From Actinomycetes bacterium (lineage in GTDB: Bacteria > Actinomycetota > Actinomycetes > Prado026): a stretch of 64,000 bases of DNA. The position numbers and the translations under genes were made by a program. The notes beneath the pieces were generated by a model, which had not been told where the DNA came from, ran no database searches, and saw nothing but the letters and a program-made list of their open reading frames with translations. Positions 20,037-29,521 of the stretch are shown here, in pieces (within the stretch, counting starts at the first letter, position 1; the number at the start of each line of letters is the position of its first letter). The stretch is taken from the NCBI GenBank assembly GCA_038252405.1, contig JBBSAJ010000008.1:26866-90865 (forward strand), read 5' to 3'.

Positions 20037-22284
20037 CGGTCGTCGGGTCGTACCAGCGGGCGTTCATGTTCACCAGACCCGTGCCGGAGGTCCAGCCGCC
20101 CTGGTACCCCAGCTTCGTGGTGGACGTCCCGGTGGTGGAGTCGACGGTGCCGTACGGGGTGTACGCCGTCGTCGCGGCCACGGTGCCGGTCGGGGACACC
20201 TGCGCGAGGACGTCGCCGCGGCTGTTGGTGAACGCGAACGTGGTGGACGCCCCGGTCTTCACCGACAGCAGCCCAGCGGCCCGGCCGTACGTGGACGACC
20301 CGTCGGTCACCGGGGACGTCTCGGTGCCGGCGTAGGTGAACGTCGCGGTGCCGGCGGTCAGCAGCCGGCCGAGACCGTCGTAGGTGTTGACGGAGCCGCC
20401 GTCGGAGGCGAGCTGGTCGTACGCGTTGTGCTGCGTGCTGCGGGTGCCCAGGCTGGTGGTGGTCGTCGCGAGGGTGCCGCGCGCGGTATACGTGTACGTT
20501 GTGGTTCCGGCGGTCAGCAGCCGGTCCCGCGCGTCGTACGTCGCGGTGGTGCCGTTGACGCTGGTCCGGTTGCCGTTCGCGTCGTAGGTGTACGTCTCCC
20601 CACCGCCGCCGGGCTTCGTCCAGCTGAGGAGGCGCTGGGAGCGGTCGTAGGTGTAGGTGTTCGTCCCGACCCCGGCGCCTGTCCCGACGACGGTCTGGGA
20701 GGTGACCAGGTCCCCGGTGAAGGTGTCCTGGTACCCGTAGACGGTGGTGCCGGCCTGCGCGACGGTGTCGGAGGTGACCCGCCCGGCCGCGTCGTAGCCG
20801 AGGGTCTCCACCGGGCCCCCCGTGCCGTAGGTGACGGTCGTCGGGCGGTCCGCCGCGTCGTAGCCGTAGGCGATCGTCGCGCCGGACACCGGGTCGACCA
20901 CGCTCGCCAGCTGCCCGCCCGTGTAGGTGTAGCTGGCGGTCCCGGCCGCGTCGGTGCGGGTCGCGACCCGTCCGGCCGCCGTGTAGGTGAACGACGACGC
21001 CCCGGCCGGACCGGCGCTGGAGACGAGCAGGTTACGGTCGTCGTAGGTGAACGTCTGCGCCGCGTTCGTGCCGACCTTCGCCGAGACCAGCCGCCCGACC
21101 GGGTCGTAGCTGAACGCCAGCGACGGTGTTGCGACCTCCGCGCCCGCACCCGACTGGGAGACCAGCTGCCCGTAGGAGTCGTAGCCGTAGGACACGGTCA
21201 CCCCGCCGGGCTTCGAGACGGAGGCCAGCTGTCCGGACACGTCGTAGGTGTAGGTGGTCTGCCGATCGGACAGCGTGGTCTGGCCGGCGGTCGACGGCTC
21301 CGTCGAGGTCTCCACCTGGCCCCACGTGTTGTACGTGACGGTGCGGTCGTACGCGTCGGTCGCGCCCGCGACGCCGAGGCCGGGGCGGGAGCGCACGACG
21401 CGGCCGTCCAGGTCGTAGTACACCTGCGAGGTCGACGTGGTGGGGCTGGCCGTGGTCCCGGTCGGGATCGTGGTCGCGGTCGGCTGCCCGTTCTCGTTGT
21501 ATCTGGTGGTGGTGGTGTTGCCCTCGGTGTCGGTCGTCGCGGTGGTCAGTCCCGCCGCGTCGTAGCCGTAGCTGCGGGACACGACCGCGGTGCCGGACGG
21601 TGTGTAGGAGGTGACGGTGGCCGGCTGCCCGTAGCCGTCCTGACCGGTGGTGTACGTGGTGGTGGTGTACGCCCCGGTCGGGTCGGTGGTCGTGACCGGG
21701 CCGAACACTCCGTAGGAGGTGGTCGTGGAGTGCCCGGTCGGCGGGGTGACCGTGGTTGCCCGGCCCAGGTTGTCGTAGGCGTAGCTGGTCGCCGCACCGT
21801 CCGCGTCGACGCTCTTCACCAGCTGCCCGTAGATGTCGTGGTAGGCGTAGGAGGTGTCCAGCCCGGTGCCGGTGCCCGGCTTGAACAGCACGGCGGTGGC
21901 CAGCCATGGTGCGGCACCGGTGCCGAACGTCGCGGCCGGGGTGCCGCCGGCGTTGACCGTCTGGTCCTCCACCAGCGTCTCGATGTGCCCGTTCGGCGCA
22001 ACGTCGACGCGGCTGGTCCACCCGGCGCCCGGTGTGAGGGTGACGTCGAACCCGGAGTCGGTGTAGAACCCGACCGCGAGCTCCGGCGTGGACGCCGCGG
22101 CGGCGGTCGACCCGGAGGACACGGTGGCCGTCCCGGTGGTGGTGCCGTACGCGGCGGTTGTCGTGTCGACTGCGCCGGTGCCGGCGGCGGTGGACAGCCC
22201 GGAGTACTCCACCAGGTCCGCGCCGACGTCAGCCGACCCGGTCGCGGTGACCCGCCCACTTGAGTGGGTGCGAACAGCTTTCAC
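20020..22284 (-). pseudogene. Rhs/YD-repeat core, 5'-truncated at the element arm and frameshifted near 20020
   Basis: Many YD repeats (YDAAG, YDLDGR, YDPVGR, YDANGNRT) and LGYQGG...NARWYDPTTGAF; the frame changes before NPYAY. Confidence 0.85.
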
Positions 22285-22295
22285 ATGCCTCGTCG
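22266..22295. other. Right attachment junction: 20-bp arm, T, 9-bp core
   Basis: Arm GGGTGCGAACAGCTTTCACA 22266-22285; core GCCTCGTCG 22287-22295. Confidence 0.85.
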
Positions 22296-23206
22296 AGGAA
22301 CAGCACCCCGTGGTGGGCCAGGCTGGCCGCCCCCGGACGGGCGATCCCGCTGCCCCCGCCGACGACCGAGGCGGCCGAGGCGGTGTGGTGCGGTGCCCGG
22401 AACGGCGGCCGCTCGAGCAGCGGGCGCCCCACGGGCAGGGTCCCGGCCACCGAGTGCACGGCGGTCACCTCGAGCGCCTGCTCCCGGGTCAGCGGCGGCA
22501 GGATGCCGGGCAGCCGCTCCGCGAGCATGGTCTTCCCCGCGCCCGGCGGGCCGTGCAGCAGCAGGTGGTGGCCCCCCGCCGCGGCGATCTCCAGCGCGTG
22601 CCGCGCCGCCTGCTGGCCGGCCACGTCGCCGAGGTCGGGCCCGGTCCGGTCCAGTGCGGCCGGTGGGGCGGGCTCCGTCAGCACGGCTTCCCGCTCGCCC
22701 CGCAGCACCGCGACGAGCTCGCCCAGCGAACCGACGGCGAGCACGCTCAGGTCGGGCACCAGCGCCGCCTCGGCCGCGTTGCCCTCGGCCACCACCACGC
22801 GGCTCAGCCCCGCGGCCGCGGCCGCGAGGACGGCAGGCAGCACCCCTCGCACCGGACGGACCCGGCCGTCCAGCCCCAGCTCGCCGAGCAGCACGAGGTC
22901 GGCCACCCACCCGGGCCGCAGCCGCCCCGACGCGGCCAGCACCCCCACGGCCACGGCCAGGTCGAACCCGCTGCCGCGCTTGGGCAGGGACGCCGGGGAC
23001 AGGTTGACCGTGAGCCGGTGCTTGGGCCACGGCTCCCCGGTGTTCAGCACCGCCGCCCGCACCCGGTCCCGGGCCTCGTTGAGCGAAGCGTCCGGCAGCC
23101 CCACGAGGGTCAGCCCCGGCAGCCCCGAGGTGAGATCGACCTCCACCTCGACGACATGGCCGACCACCCCGACCAGGGCCACCGACCGGGTCCGCGCCAG
23201 CGCCAC
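22287..23206 (-). pseudogene. comM: 5' half of the split comM/yifB
   Basis: VNLSPASLPKRGSGFDLA, Walker A GPPGAGKT, RAPHH and HHGVLFLDEA, then element-derived residues to a stop at 22229. Confidence 0.93.
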
Positions 23207-23563
23207 TCAGCACACCCCCCGCACGTGGTCGACCAGCGCCGGGCCGCGGTCGGGCCGTAGCACTCCGACGACATCGATGCGGACGGCGGCCGGGTGCACG
23301 CCCCGCTCGGCCAGCCACCGGGCGGCCAGCCGGCGCAGCCGGGCCGCCTTGCGCGGGGTGACCGCCTCGAGCGGGTCGCCGTACGAGGTGCTGCGCTGGG
23401 TCTTGACCTCGCAGACCACCAGCACGTCGCCGTCCCGGCCGAGGATGTCGATCTCCCCGGCTTCGCAGCGCCAGTTCCGTTCCAGGACCACGATGCCCTG
23501 CGCGGCCAGATGCCTGGCCGCGACGTCCTCCCCGTACCGGCCGAGCGCATCAGTCGCCCGCAT
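23207..23563 (-). CDS. yraN: YraN family nuclease-like protein
   Basis: [22 protein letters not shown] and EVKT; abuts the comM start. Confidence 0.92.
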   Translation of the reverse strand: MRATDALGRYGEDVAARHLAAQGIVVLERNWRCEAGEIDILGRDGDVLVVCEVKTQRSTSYGDPLEAVTPRKAARLRRLAARWLAERGVHPAAVRIDVVGVLRPDRGPALVDHVRGVC

Positions 23564-23627
23564 CCACACCACCTCCGCGACCCACGATGGGCCGTGCGGA
23601 CTGGCTCGGAGGGGCGGGCTCAGCGGG

Positions 23628-23656
23628 CGGTGGACGACGAGGGCCTGTGGACGACG
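23628..23656 (-). promoter_or_regulatory. Tandem CGTCGTCCAC(A/C)G x2 (17-bp period) upstream of yraN-comM-dprA
   Basis: Minus-strand copies at 23656-23645 and 23639-23628. Confidence 0.55.
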
Positions 23657-23665
23657 GGCCCCAGG

Positions 23666-23974
23666 TCAGGACTCGGGGATCTCCAGCTCGCTCTTGGCGA
23701 GCTCCTCCACGTTGACGTCCTTGAAGGTGAGGACCTTGACGTTCTTGACGAACCGGGCCGGCCGGTAGAGGTCCCACACCCAGGCATCGCTCATGGTGAC
23801 CTCGAAGTACACCTCGCCGTCGGCCGAGCGTACCTGCAGGTCCACCTTGTTGGTCAGGTAGAAGCGCCGCTCCGTCTCCACCACGTAGGAGAACAGGCCC
23901 ACCACGTCGCGGTACTCGCGGTAGAGCTGCAGCTCCATCTCGGTCTCGTACCGCTCGAGGTCCTCGGCACTCAT
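23666..23974 (-). CDS. DUF2469 family protein
   Basis: MSAEDLERYETEMELQLYREYRD..., conserved actinobacterial protein in its usual position. Confidence 0.9.
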   Translation of the reverse strand: MSAEDLERYETEMELQLYREYRDVVGLFSYVVETERRFYLTNKVDLQVRSADGEVYFEVTMSDAWVWDLYRPARFVKNVKVLTFKDVNVEELAKSELEIPES

Positions 23975-24693
23975 GCGCCCTCCCCGGCTGCGAGCTCCTC
24001 GACCCTGGGGGCCCTCACGTCCAGCACCCCTGCATCATGCCCCTCCGCGCGGCGGACCGTGACGAAGCACCGTCGATGCTCGGCGCACGGCCCGTGGGCG
24101 GCCAGCCGCTGCCGGTGCAGCGGGGTCACATAGCCCTTGTGGGTGGCGAACTCGTACTCCGGGAACTGCTCGTGCAGGTCCACCATGATCCGGTCCCGGG
24201 TCACCTTGGCAAGCACCGACGCCGCGGCCACGCAGGCCGCCACCCGGTCCCCCTTCCAGACGGCGAGACCCGGCACCCCGAGACCGCGGACCGGGAAGCC
24301 GTCGGTGAGCACGTACGCCGGGTCGACGTCGAGGCGGGCCAGCGCCCGGCGCATGCCCTCAATGTTGGCCACGTGCAGCCCGAGCCGGTCCACCTCGTCG
24401 GCGTCCACGACGACCACGGACCAGGCCAGCGCCCGTTCGCGCACCTCGGCGTACGCCGCCTCCCGGGCCGCCGTCGTGAGCAGCTTGGAGTCGGCCAACC
24501 CGGGCACCTGCCCGCGGCGTCCGTCCGGGAGCACGACCGCGGCGACCACGAGCGGGCCGGCGCACGCGCCCCGCCCGGCCTCGTCGATGCCGGCGACCGG
24601 GGAGAACCCGGCCCTGGCCAGCGCCCTCTCGTAGGCCCACAGCCCGGAGTCCCGGCGGACGACGACCCGGGGCGGCGCGTCAGGCCGAGTCAT
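23971..24693 (-). CDS. rnhB: Ribonuclease HII
   Basis: AGIDEAGRG, DSK, VAAASVLAKVTRD and HKGY. Confidence 0.95.
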   Translation of the reverse strand: MTRPDAPPRVVVRRDSGLWAYERALARAGFSPVAGIDEAGRGACAGPLVVAAVVLPDGRRGQVPGLADSKLLTTAAREAAYAEVRERALAWSVVVVDADEVDRLGLHVANIEGMRRALARLDVDPAYVLTDGFPVRGLGVPGLAVWKGDRVAACVAAASVLAKVTRDRIMVDLHEQFPEYEFATHKGYVTPLHRQRLAAHGPCAEHRRCFVTVRRAEGHDAGVLDVRAPRVEELAAGEGA

Positions 24694-25177
24694 CGGAGCT
24701 CACCCGCCGGGGCAGCGCGGGCGGACCCTCGGCCAGCAGCCGGGCCAGCTCGCTGGCGATCGTCGTGGGATAGACCACCGCGTCGGTGGAAGCCAGCTCG
24801 TCGAGGCTCCACCAGCGATGCTCGTGCACCGCGCGTCGCTCCAGCTCGGTGAACCCGCTGACGTCGACGTCGTGCCCGTCGATGCGGACCAGGTAGAAGT
24901 ACTCGTGCTGGCGGTAGCGCCGGGCGCCGAACGCGAACGCCGCGGTCCGCTCCCACACCGGCCGCCCGAGGTGGACGCCGGTCAGCCCGGTCTCCTCGGC
25001 CAGCTCCCGCAGGGCGCCCTGCTCGTGGGTCTCGCCCGGGTCCAGGCCGCCGCCCGGGGTGAACCACCAGTCCCCCTCGGCGGGGTTGTCCGGGTCACTG
25101 CCGCGGAAGAGCAGCAGCCGGTCGGCGGCGTCCAGCAACAGGACCCTCGCGGCCTCCCGCTCGATCAGCTCGCCCAC
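24680..25177 (-). CDS. NUDIX hydrolase
   Basis: GGGLDPGETHEQGALRELAEETG Nudix box. Confidence 0.9.
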   Translation of the reverse strand: MGELIEREAARVLLLDAADRLLLFRGSDPDNPAEGDWWFTPGGGLDPGETHEQGALRELAEETGLTGVHLGRPVWERTAAFAFGARRYRQHEYFYLVRIDGHDVDVSGFTELERRAVHEHRWWSLDELASTDAVVYPTTIASELARLLAEGPPALPRRVSSDDSA

Positions 25178-25197
25178 GACTGGCAGCGTACGTCGGC

Positions 25198-25707
25198 TCA
25201 GTTCCAGCGCTCGAACGGCTCGTCGATGCGCTCACCGCGCAGGAACACCGGGAGCAGCTCGGGCAGCCGGCCGGGGAAGAACCGGGCCGTGCTGGCGGTG
25301 ATCTCCCCGACCGGCCACCAGCGGTGGCCCACATACGCCTCGAGCTCCTCGGGCGTGCGGCCGTCGGCGCGCAGCGGCGGCTCGTGCTCGTCCAGCCGCG
25401 CCGTAACGACCAGCTCGTGCTGCAGGAAGCGTCGCTGCCGGTGGCGGTAGGTCGCGGTGCGCTGCCAGCTGGGCGGGCCGAAGCGGTCGCCGGCCAGCTC
25501 GAGGCCGGTCTCCTCCCACAGCTCGCGGACGGCGGTCTGCTCGACCGACTCGCCGGCCTCCATCCCGCCGCCGGGCAGCTCGTGCCACCGCCCGGTCTCC
25601 GGCATCAACGGGTCGATGGTGTGGAACAGCAGCACCCGTCCGCCGGCGTCCAGCAGCACCACCCGCACCGACGTCCGTTCGACGTCATACCCCTCCCCCT
25701 CCTGCAT
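25198..25707 (-). CDS. NUDIX hydrolase (tandem paralog; start uncertain)
   Basis: GGGMEAGESVEQTAVRELWEETG Nudix box. Confidence 0.88.
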   Translation of the reverse strand: MQEGEGYDVERTSVRVVLLDAGGRVLLFHTIDPLMPETGRWHELPGGGMEAGESVEQTAVRELWEETGLELAGDRFGPPSWQRTATYRHRQRRFLQHELVVTARLDEHEPPLRADGRTPEELEAYVGHRWWPVGEITASTARFFPGRLPELLPVFLRGERIDEPFERWN

Positions 25708-25810
25708 GAAGGGTCCCTTCTGTGCGTACTGCCGCAATGTCCCACCCTTCCTGGACGGCGGACGAAGGGTGGCTTTGTGCGACTACACGCACAGAAGGGA
25801 CCCTTCATGC
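25704..25810. repeat. 107-bp REP/MITE-like hairpin
   Basis: Perfect 24-bp terminal inverted repeat GCATGAAGGGTCCCTTCTGTGCGT plus inner stem CCACCCTTC/GAAGGGTGG. Confidence 0.85.
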
Positions 25811-25826
25811 GGGGTGAGGGGCGAGG

Positions 25827-26690
25827 TCAGGTGCGCGCGAGGGCTCGTCGGCGACGGCGTCTGCGGCGCAGCGCGACGAGCGGGACGGCGCCCGCGAACC
25901 CGGCCGCGAGCGGGACGGCGGACGCCCCGGCCGCGGTCAGCTTGGACTGGTCGAAGGTCGCCGGGACCCGCAGGATCCCGGCATGGCCGACCGGCCAGAT
26001 GATCACGAAGGCGCGGCCGATGACCTTGTTCGCCGGCACCGTGCCACCGCCGGGGTCGCCGAGGTGGGAGCGCGAGTCGGCCGACGCGGAGCGGTGGTCG
26101 CCCATGACCCACAGCCGACCCTCGGGCACGGTGATGTCGAACGGCACGTCCGAGGGGCTGTCACCCGGGTAGAGGTAGGACTTCTCGTCCAGCGGCACGC
26201 CGTTCACGGTGACCCGACCCTGGACGTCGCAGCAGGCGACCCGGTCGCCGGGAACCCCGATGACCCGCTTGATGAAGTCCTTCTCGGACGGCGGGGCGAA
26301 CCCGAACAGCCCGGCGACCCACTCCGCGGCCTTGGCGACCGGGTTGGTGGGCTGGGTCACCGTGACCTCGGGGCTGAACGAGTCCAGCCCGTTGAACACC
26401 ACGATGTCGCCGCGGTGGATGGACCGCAGATGGTAGACGACCTTGTTGACCAGGACCCGGTCCCCGATCCGCAGGGTGTTCTCCATCGACCCCGAAGGGA
26501 TGTAGAACGCCTGGACCAGAAAGGTCTTGATCAGCAGCGCCAGGCCGACGGCGATGATCACCAGGATCGGCAGCTCGCGCCACAGCGACCCCTGCGGCTT
26601 GTGCCGGTGCCCGCTGCCGGACGACCCGGAGGCCTGCGGTTGCTCGGTCACGCCTGGGTCATGGGTGTCGTCAGCGGCCACGTCGTCCAC
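25827..26690 (-). CDS. lepB: Signal peptidase I (start uncertain)
   Basis: IPSGSMENTL, FIKRVIGVPGD and GDHRSASADSR. Confidence 0.95.
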   Translation of the reverse strand: MDDVAADDTHDPGVTEQPQASGSSGSGHRHKPQGSLWRELPILVIIAVGLALLIKTFLVQAFYIPSGSMENTLRIGDRVLVNKVVYHLRSIHRGDIVVFNGLDSFSPEVTVTQPTNPVAKAAEWVAGLFGFAPPSEKDFIKRVIGVPGDRVACCDVQGRVTVNGVPLDEKSYLYPGDSPSDVPFDITVPEGRLWVMGDHRSASADSRSHLGDPGGGTVPANKVIGRAFVIIWPVGHAGILRVPATFDQSKLTAAGASAVPLAAGFAGAVPLVALRRRRRRRRALART

Positions 26691-26729
26691 GTGCGCGAGC
26701 CTATGCGGGGACTACGGAGAACTCGGTGC

Positions 26730-27092
26730 TCAGCTCGCGCTGGGCGTGTTCGCGCGACGCTCCTTGATGCGCGCGGCCTTGCCGCGGCGCTCACGCAGGA
26801 AGTACAGCTTGGCCCGCCGGACGTCACCGCGGGTGACGACCTCGATCTTCTCGATGATCGGGGTGTGCAGCGGGAAGGTCCGCTCGACACCGACGCCGTA
26901 GCTGACCTTGCGCACGGTGAAGGTCTCCCGGACGCCAGCACCCTGCAGCCGGATGACCAGGCCCTGGAAGACCTGGATCCGGGACTTGTTGCCCTCCACG
27001 ACCCGCACGTGCACCTTGAGGGTGTCGCCGGCGCGGAAGGCGGGAAGGTCGCTACGCAACGAAGCGGCGTCAACGGCGTCCAGGGTGTTCAT
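26730..27092 (-). CDS. rplS: 50S ribosomal protein L19
   Basis: [19 protein letters not shown] and RRAKLYFLR. Confidence 0.97.
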   Translation of the reverse strand: MNTLDAVDAASLRSDLPAFRAGDTLKVHVRVVEGNKSRIQVFQGLVIRLQGAGVRETFTVRKVSYGVGVERTFPLHTPIIEKIEVVTRGDVRRAKLYFLRERRGKAARIKERRANTPSAS

Positions 27093-27226
27093 GTCAGTCT
27101 CCTCACAGGTGCCACAGGTCACCCGCGGTCAGTGGTCGGGTGGTACGAGAACGGCTTCGCGGGCCGCTGGGTCTACCGGGACGGCGCTCCCCTGTGGCAG
27201 GGCACCTCGGCGGATCGAGCAGCCCC

Positions 27227-28036
27227 TCAGTGTGACACAGGGGGCTGGTCCCGGGAAAACCGGCCGTCGGGGCCGACGACCCAGCCCGCCTCGGCGAGGA
27301 CGACGAGGTCACGCGGGTCGCAGGACGCCGGGTCGAGCGCGGCCAGCAGGTCCGGTCGCACGGTCGCCGTCCGCAGCAGGGACTGGCCCCGGCGCCAGCG
27401 GTCCACCGCCCCGTGGTCACCGGACAGCAGCACGGGCGGCACGTCCAGGCCGCGCCAGCTGGCCGGCTTGGTGTAGCCGGGGTACTCCAGCAGGCCGTCC
27501 GCATGCGACTCCTCCACCAGCGAGTCGGCGTTGCCGACCACCCCGGGCAGCAGCCTGGCCACCGCCTCGACGATGACCAGCACCGCGGCCTCGCCCCCGT
27601 TGAGCACGTAGTCGCCGATCGACACCTCGTCGACCTGCATCCGGGTACGGGCGTCCTCGATCACCCGGGCGTCGACGCCCTCGTAGCGGCCGCAGCCGAA
27701 GGCCAGCCAGGGCTCGGCGGCCAGCTCGTGCGCCAGCTCCTGGGTGAACACCCGGCCGGACGGCGTGGGCACGACCAGCCGCGGCCGGTCCGGTCCGTCC
27801 GGCGGGGCGGCCGCGAGGACCGCGTCCAGCGCGCCTCCCCACGGCTCCGGCTTCATCAGCATGCCGGCGCCCCCGCCGTACGGGGTGTCGTCGACGGTGC
27901 GGTGCCGGTCGGTGGTGAACGTGCGCAGGTCGTGCACCCGCACCTCGAGCAGCCCCGCCGTGCGGGCCCGGCCCACCAGCGACAGCCGCAGCGGTTCGAG
28001 GTACTCGGGGAAGATCGAGACGACGTCGACGAGCAT
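27227..28036 (-). CDS. trmD: tRNA (guanine-N1)-methyltransferase
   Basis: [19 protein letters not shown] and [11 protein letters not shown]. Confidence 0.96.
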   Translation of the reverse strand: MLVDVVSIFPEYLEPLRLSLVGRARTAGLLEVRVHDLRTFTTDRHRTVDDTPYGGGAGMLMKPEPWGGALDAVLAAAPPDGPDRPRLVVPTPSGRVFTQELAHELAAEPWLAFGCGRYEGVDARVIEDARTRMQVDEVSIGDYVLNGGEAAVLVIVEAVARLLPGVVGNADSLVEESHADGLLEYPGYTKPASWRGLDVPPVLLSGDHGAVDRWRRGQSLLRTATVRPDLLAALDPASCDPRDLVVLAEAGWVVGPDGRFSRDQPPVSH

Positions 28037-28040
28037 CGGG

Positions 28041-28571
28041 CTACGCGTCGTCCGGCTCGGTGCCCTCGTCGAGCAGGCCGGGCGGGGGGTCGACCACCAG
28101 CCGGTTCGCGGCCAGGTCGACCGTGGGGACGATGGCGGCCACGAACGGCACCAGGACCTCACCGCCGTCCGGACGGCGAACCGAGAGCACGTCGTGCCCC
28201 GGCAGGTGCAGCACCTCGGCCACCTCGCCGACCGGCTGACCGGCGACGGTGACGACGTCGACCCCGACCAGCTGGCGGTCGTAGTACTCGTCCTCGTCGT
28301 CCGGGGTCTCCTCCGGGTCGACGTCGGCCAGCAGCAGGGTGTGGTGCAGGCCCTCGGCCGCCGTCCGGTCGTCGACCCCGGCAAAGTGCAGCAGCAGCCG
28401 ACCGCTGTGCACCCGCCCCTGGACGATGGTCAGCGGGCCGACGCCGGCCGGGTCGGTGAGCACGACGGCGCCGGGACCCAGGCGGGTCTCCGGCTCGTCG
28501 GTGCGGACCTCGACCAGAACATCGCCCTTGATGCCATGGGCGCGGCCGATCCGGCCCACGACCAGGAGCAC
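28041..28571 (-). CDS. rimM: Ribosome maturation factor RimM
   Basis: [12 protein letters not shown] and [12 protein letters not shown]. Confidence 0.95.
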   Translation of the reverse strand: MLLVVGRIGRAHGIKGDVLVEVRTDEPETRLGPGAVVLTDPAGVGPLTIVQGRVHSGRLLLHFAGVDDRTAAEGLHHTLLLADVDPEETPDDEDEYYDRQLVGVDVVTVAGQPVGEVAEVLHLPGHDVLSVRRPDGGEVLVPFVAAIVPTVDLAANRLVVDPPPGLLDEGTEPDDA

Positions 28572-28575
28572 GGGT

Positions 28576-28752
28576 TTAGCGCGCCTCGTCGACGTCGAGG
28601 AAGTCGATACGCACGCCGCGGCCGCCGTTGAGGGCGCCGACGACCGTGCGCAGCGCCCGCGCGGTGCGGCCGCCCCGGCCGATCACCTTGCCCAGGTCGT
28701 CCGGGTGCTCGACGATCCCCTGCACCAGGTGGTCAAGCGCGTCGTCGAGCAT
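28576..28752 (-). CDS. khpA: KH-domain protein KhpA, internally shortened (58 aa)
   Basis: [12 protein letters not shown] GxxG motif; position between rpsP and rimM; lacks the segment normally between two PDD motifs. Confidence 0.8.
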   Translation of the reverse strand: MLDDALDHLVQGIVEHPDDLGKVIGRGGRTARALRTVVGALNGGRGVRIDFLDVDEAR

Positions 28753-29318
28753 CAGGCCTGCTCGGTGCTCTCGGTCGGGGTCTCGGCGACGGTCTCGGCG
28801 ACCTCGGTCGCCTCGACGGTCTCGGCCGGCACCTCGACGGGGGCCTCGGCCGCTGCGGGCTGCTCCGCCGGAGCGACGTCCTTGGTGGCCTCCTTGGTGG
28901 CCTCCTTGGTGGCCTCCTTGGTGGCCGCCTTGGTGGCCTTGGCCCTCGGCGTCACGGCCTCGGCCATCGGATCGGAGGCGGCCGCCTTCGCGGCCGCCTC
29001 GAACACAGCCTTCTTGTCGGCCTTCGGCGCGGCCATCCGCAAGGTGCCCTCGGCGCCGGGGAGGCCCTTGAACTTCTGCCAGTCGCCAGTGATCTTGAGG
29101 ATCGCCAGCACCGGCTCGGTCGGTTGCGCGCCGACGCCCAGCCAGTACTGCGCCCGCTCGGAGTTGACCTCGATGAACGAGGGGTCCTCCATCGGGTGGT
29201 ACTTGCCGATCTCCTCGATCGCGCGGCCGTCCCGCTTGGTGCGCGCGTCGGCGACCACGATGCGGTACTGCGGGGCATGCATCTTGCCCAGGCGCTTGAG
29301 CTTGATCTTGACAGCCAC
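28752..29318 (-). CDS. rpsP: 30S ribosomal protein S16 with long low-complexity tail
   Basis: [10 protein letters not shown] and [14 protein letters not shown]; GTG start 29318. Confidence 0.96.
   Translation of the reverse strand: MAVKIKLKRLGKMHAPQYRIVVADARTKRDGRAIEEIGKYHPMEDPSFIEVNSERAQYWLGVGAQPTEPVLAILKITGDWQKFKGLPGAEGTLRMAAPKADKKAVFEAAAKAAASDPMAEAVTPRAKATKAATKEATKEATKEATKDVAPAEQPAAAEAPVEVPAETVEATEVAETVAETPTESTEQA
28881..28938. repeat. About five tandem 12-bp units encoding (KEAT)n in the S16 tail
   Basis: CTTGGTGGCCTC repeats. Confidence 0.85.
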
Positions 29319-29521
29319 GAAGCGTTCGTCTCCAGGTGTAGGTGCGGGTGAGGCAGCGGGCGCCGCGTGGGGACACGGCGATGCTGCCTCGGGTGGACCT
29401 GGCCTGCGGGGTGAGAGGGTCCACACGCGTGCCTGGCTCAGCGGACCATTGTGCCAGACGTCGGCCACCTCGCACCAAACCCGCCCTCCCCCGCGGCCCC
29501 GCCCCCACCCGGTTCCGCCGC

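Larger units (their letters stand above)
17088..22286. mobile_element. 5.2-kb comM-integrated element, apparently recombinase-less, carrying an Rhs toxin/immunity cassette
   Basis: Interrupts comM at the DE codons; 9-bp direct core at both ends; 18/20 inverted arms; 17.1-19.2 kb is visibly more AT-rich than the flanks. Confidence 0.88.

Noticed and set aside
17083-22290. Tn7/AbaR-type transposon (TGT...ACA ends, comM target)
   Set aside because: The 5-bp flanks differ (CGTCG vs TGCCT), I saw no repeated internal transposase-binding sites, and there are no tns/tni genes. The 9-bp core with a symmetric 50-bp joint fits an att site better, though a DDE origin is not fully excluded.
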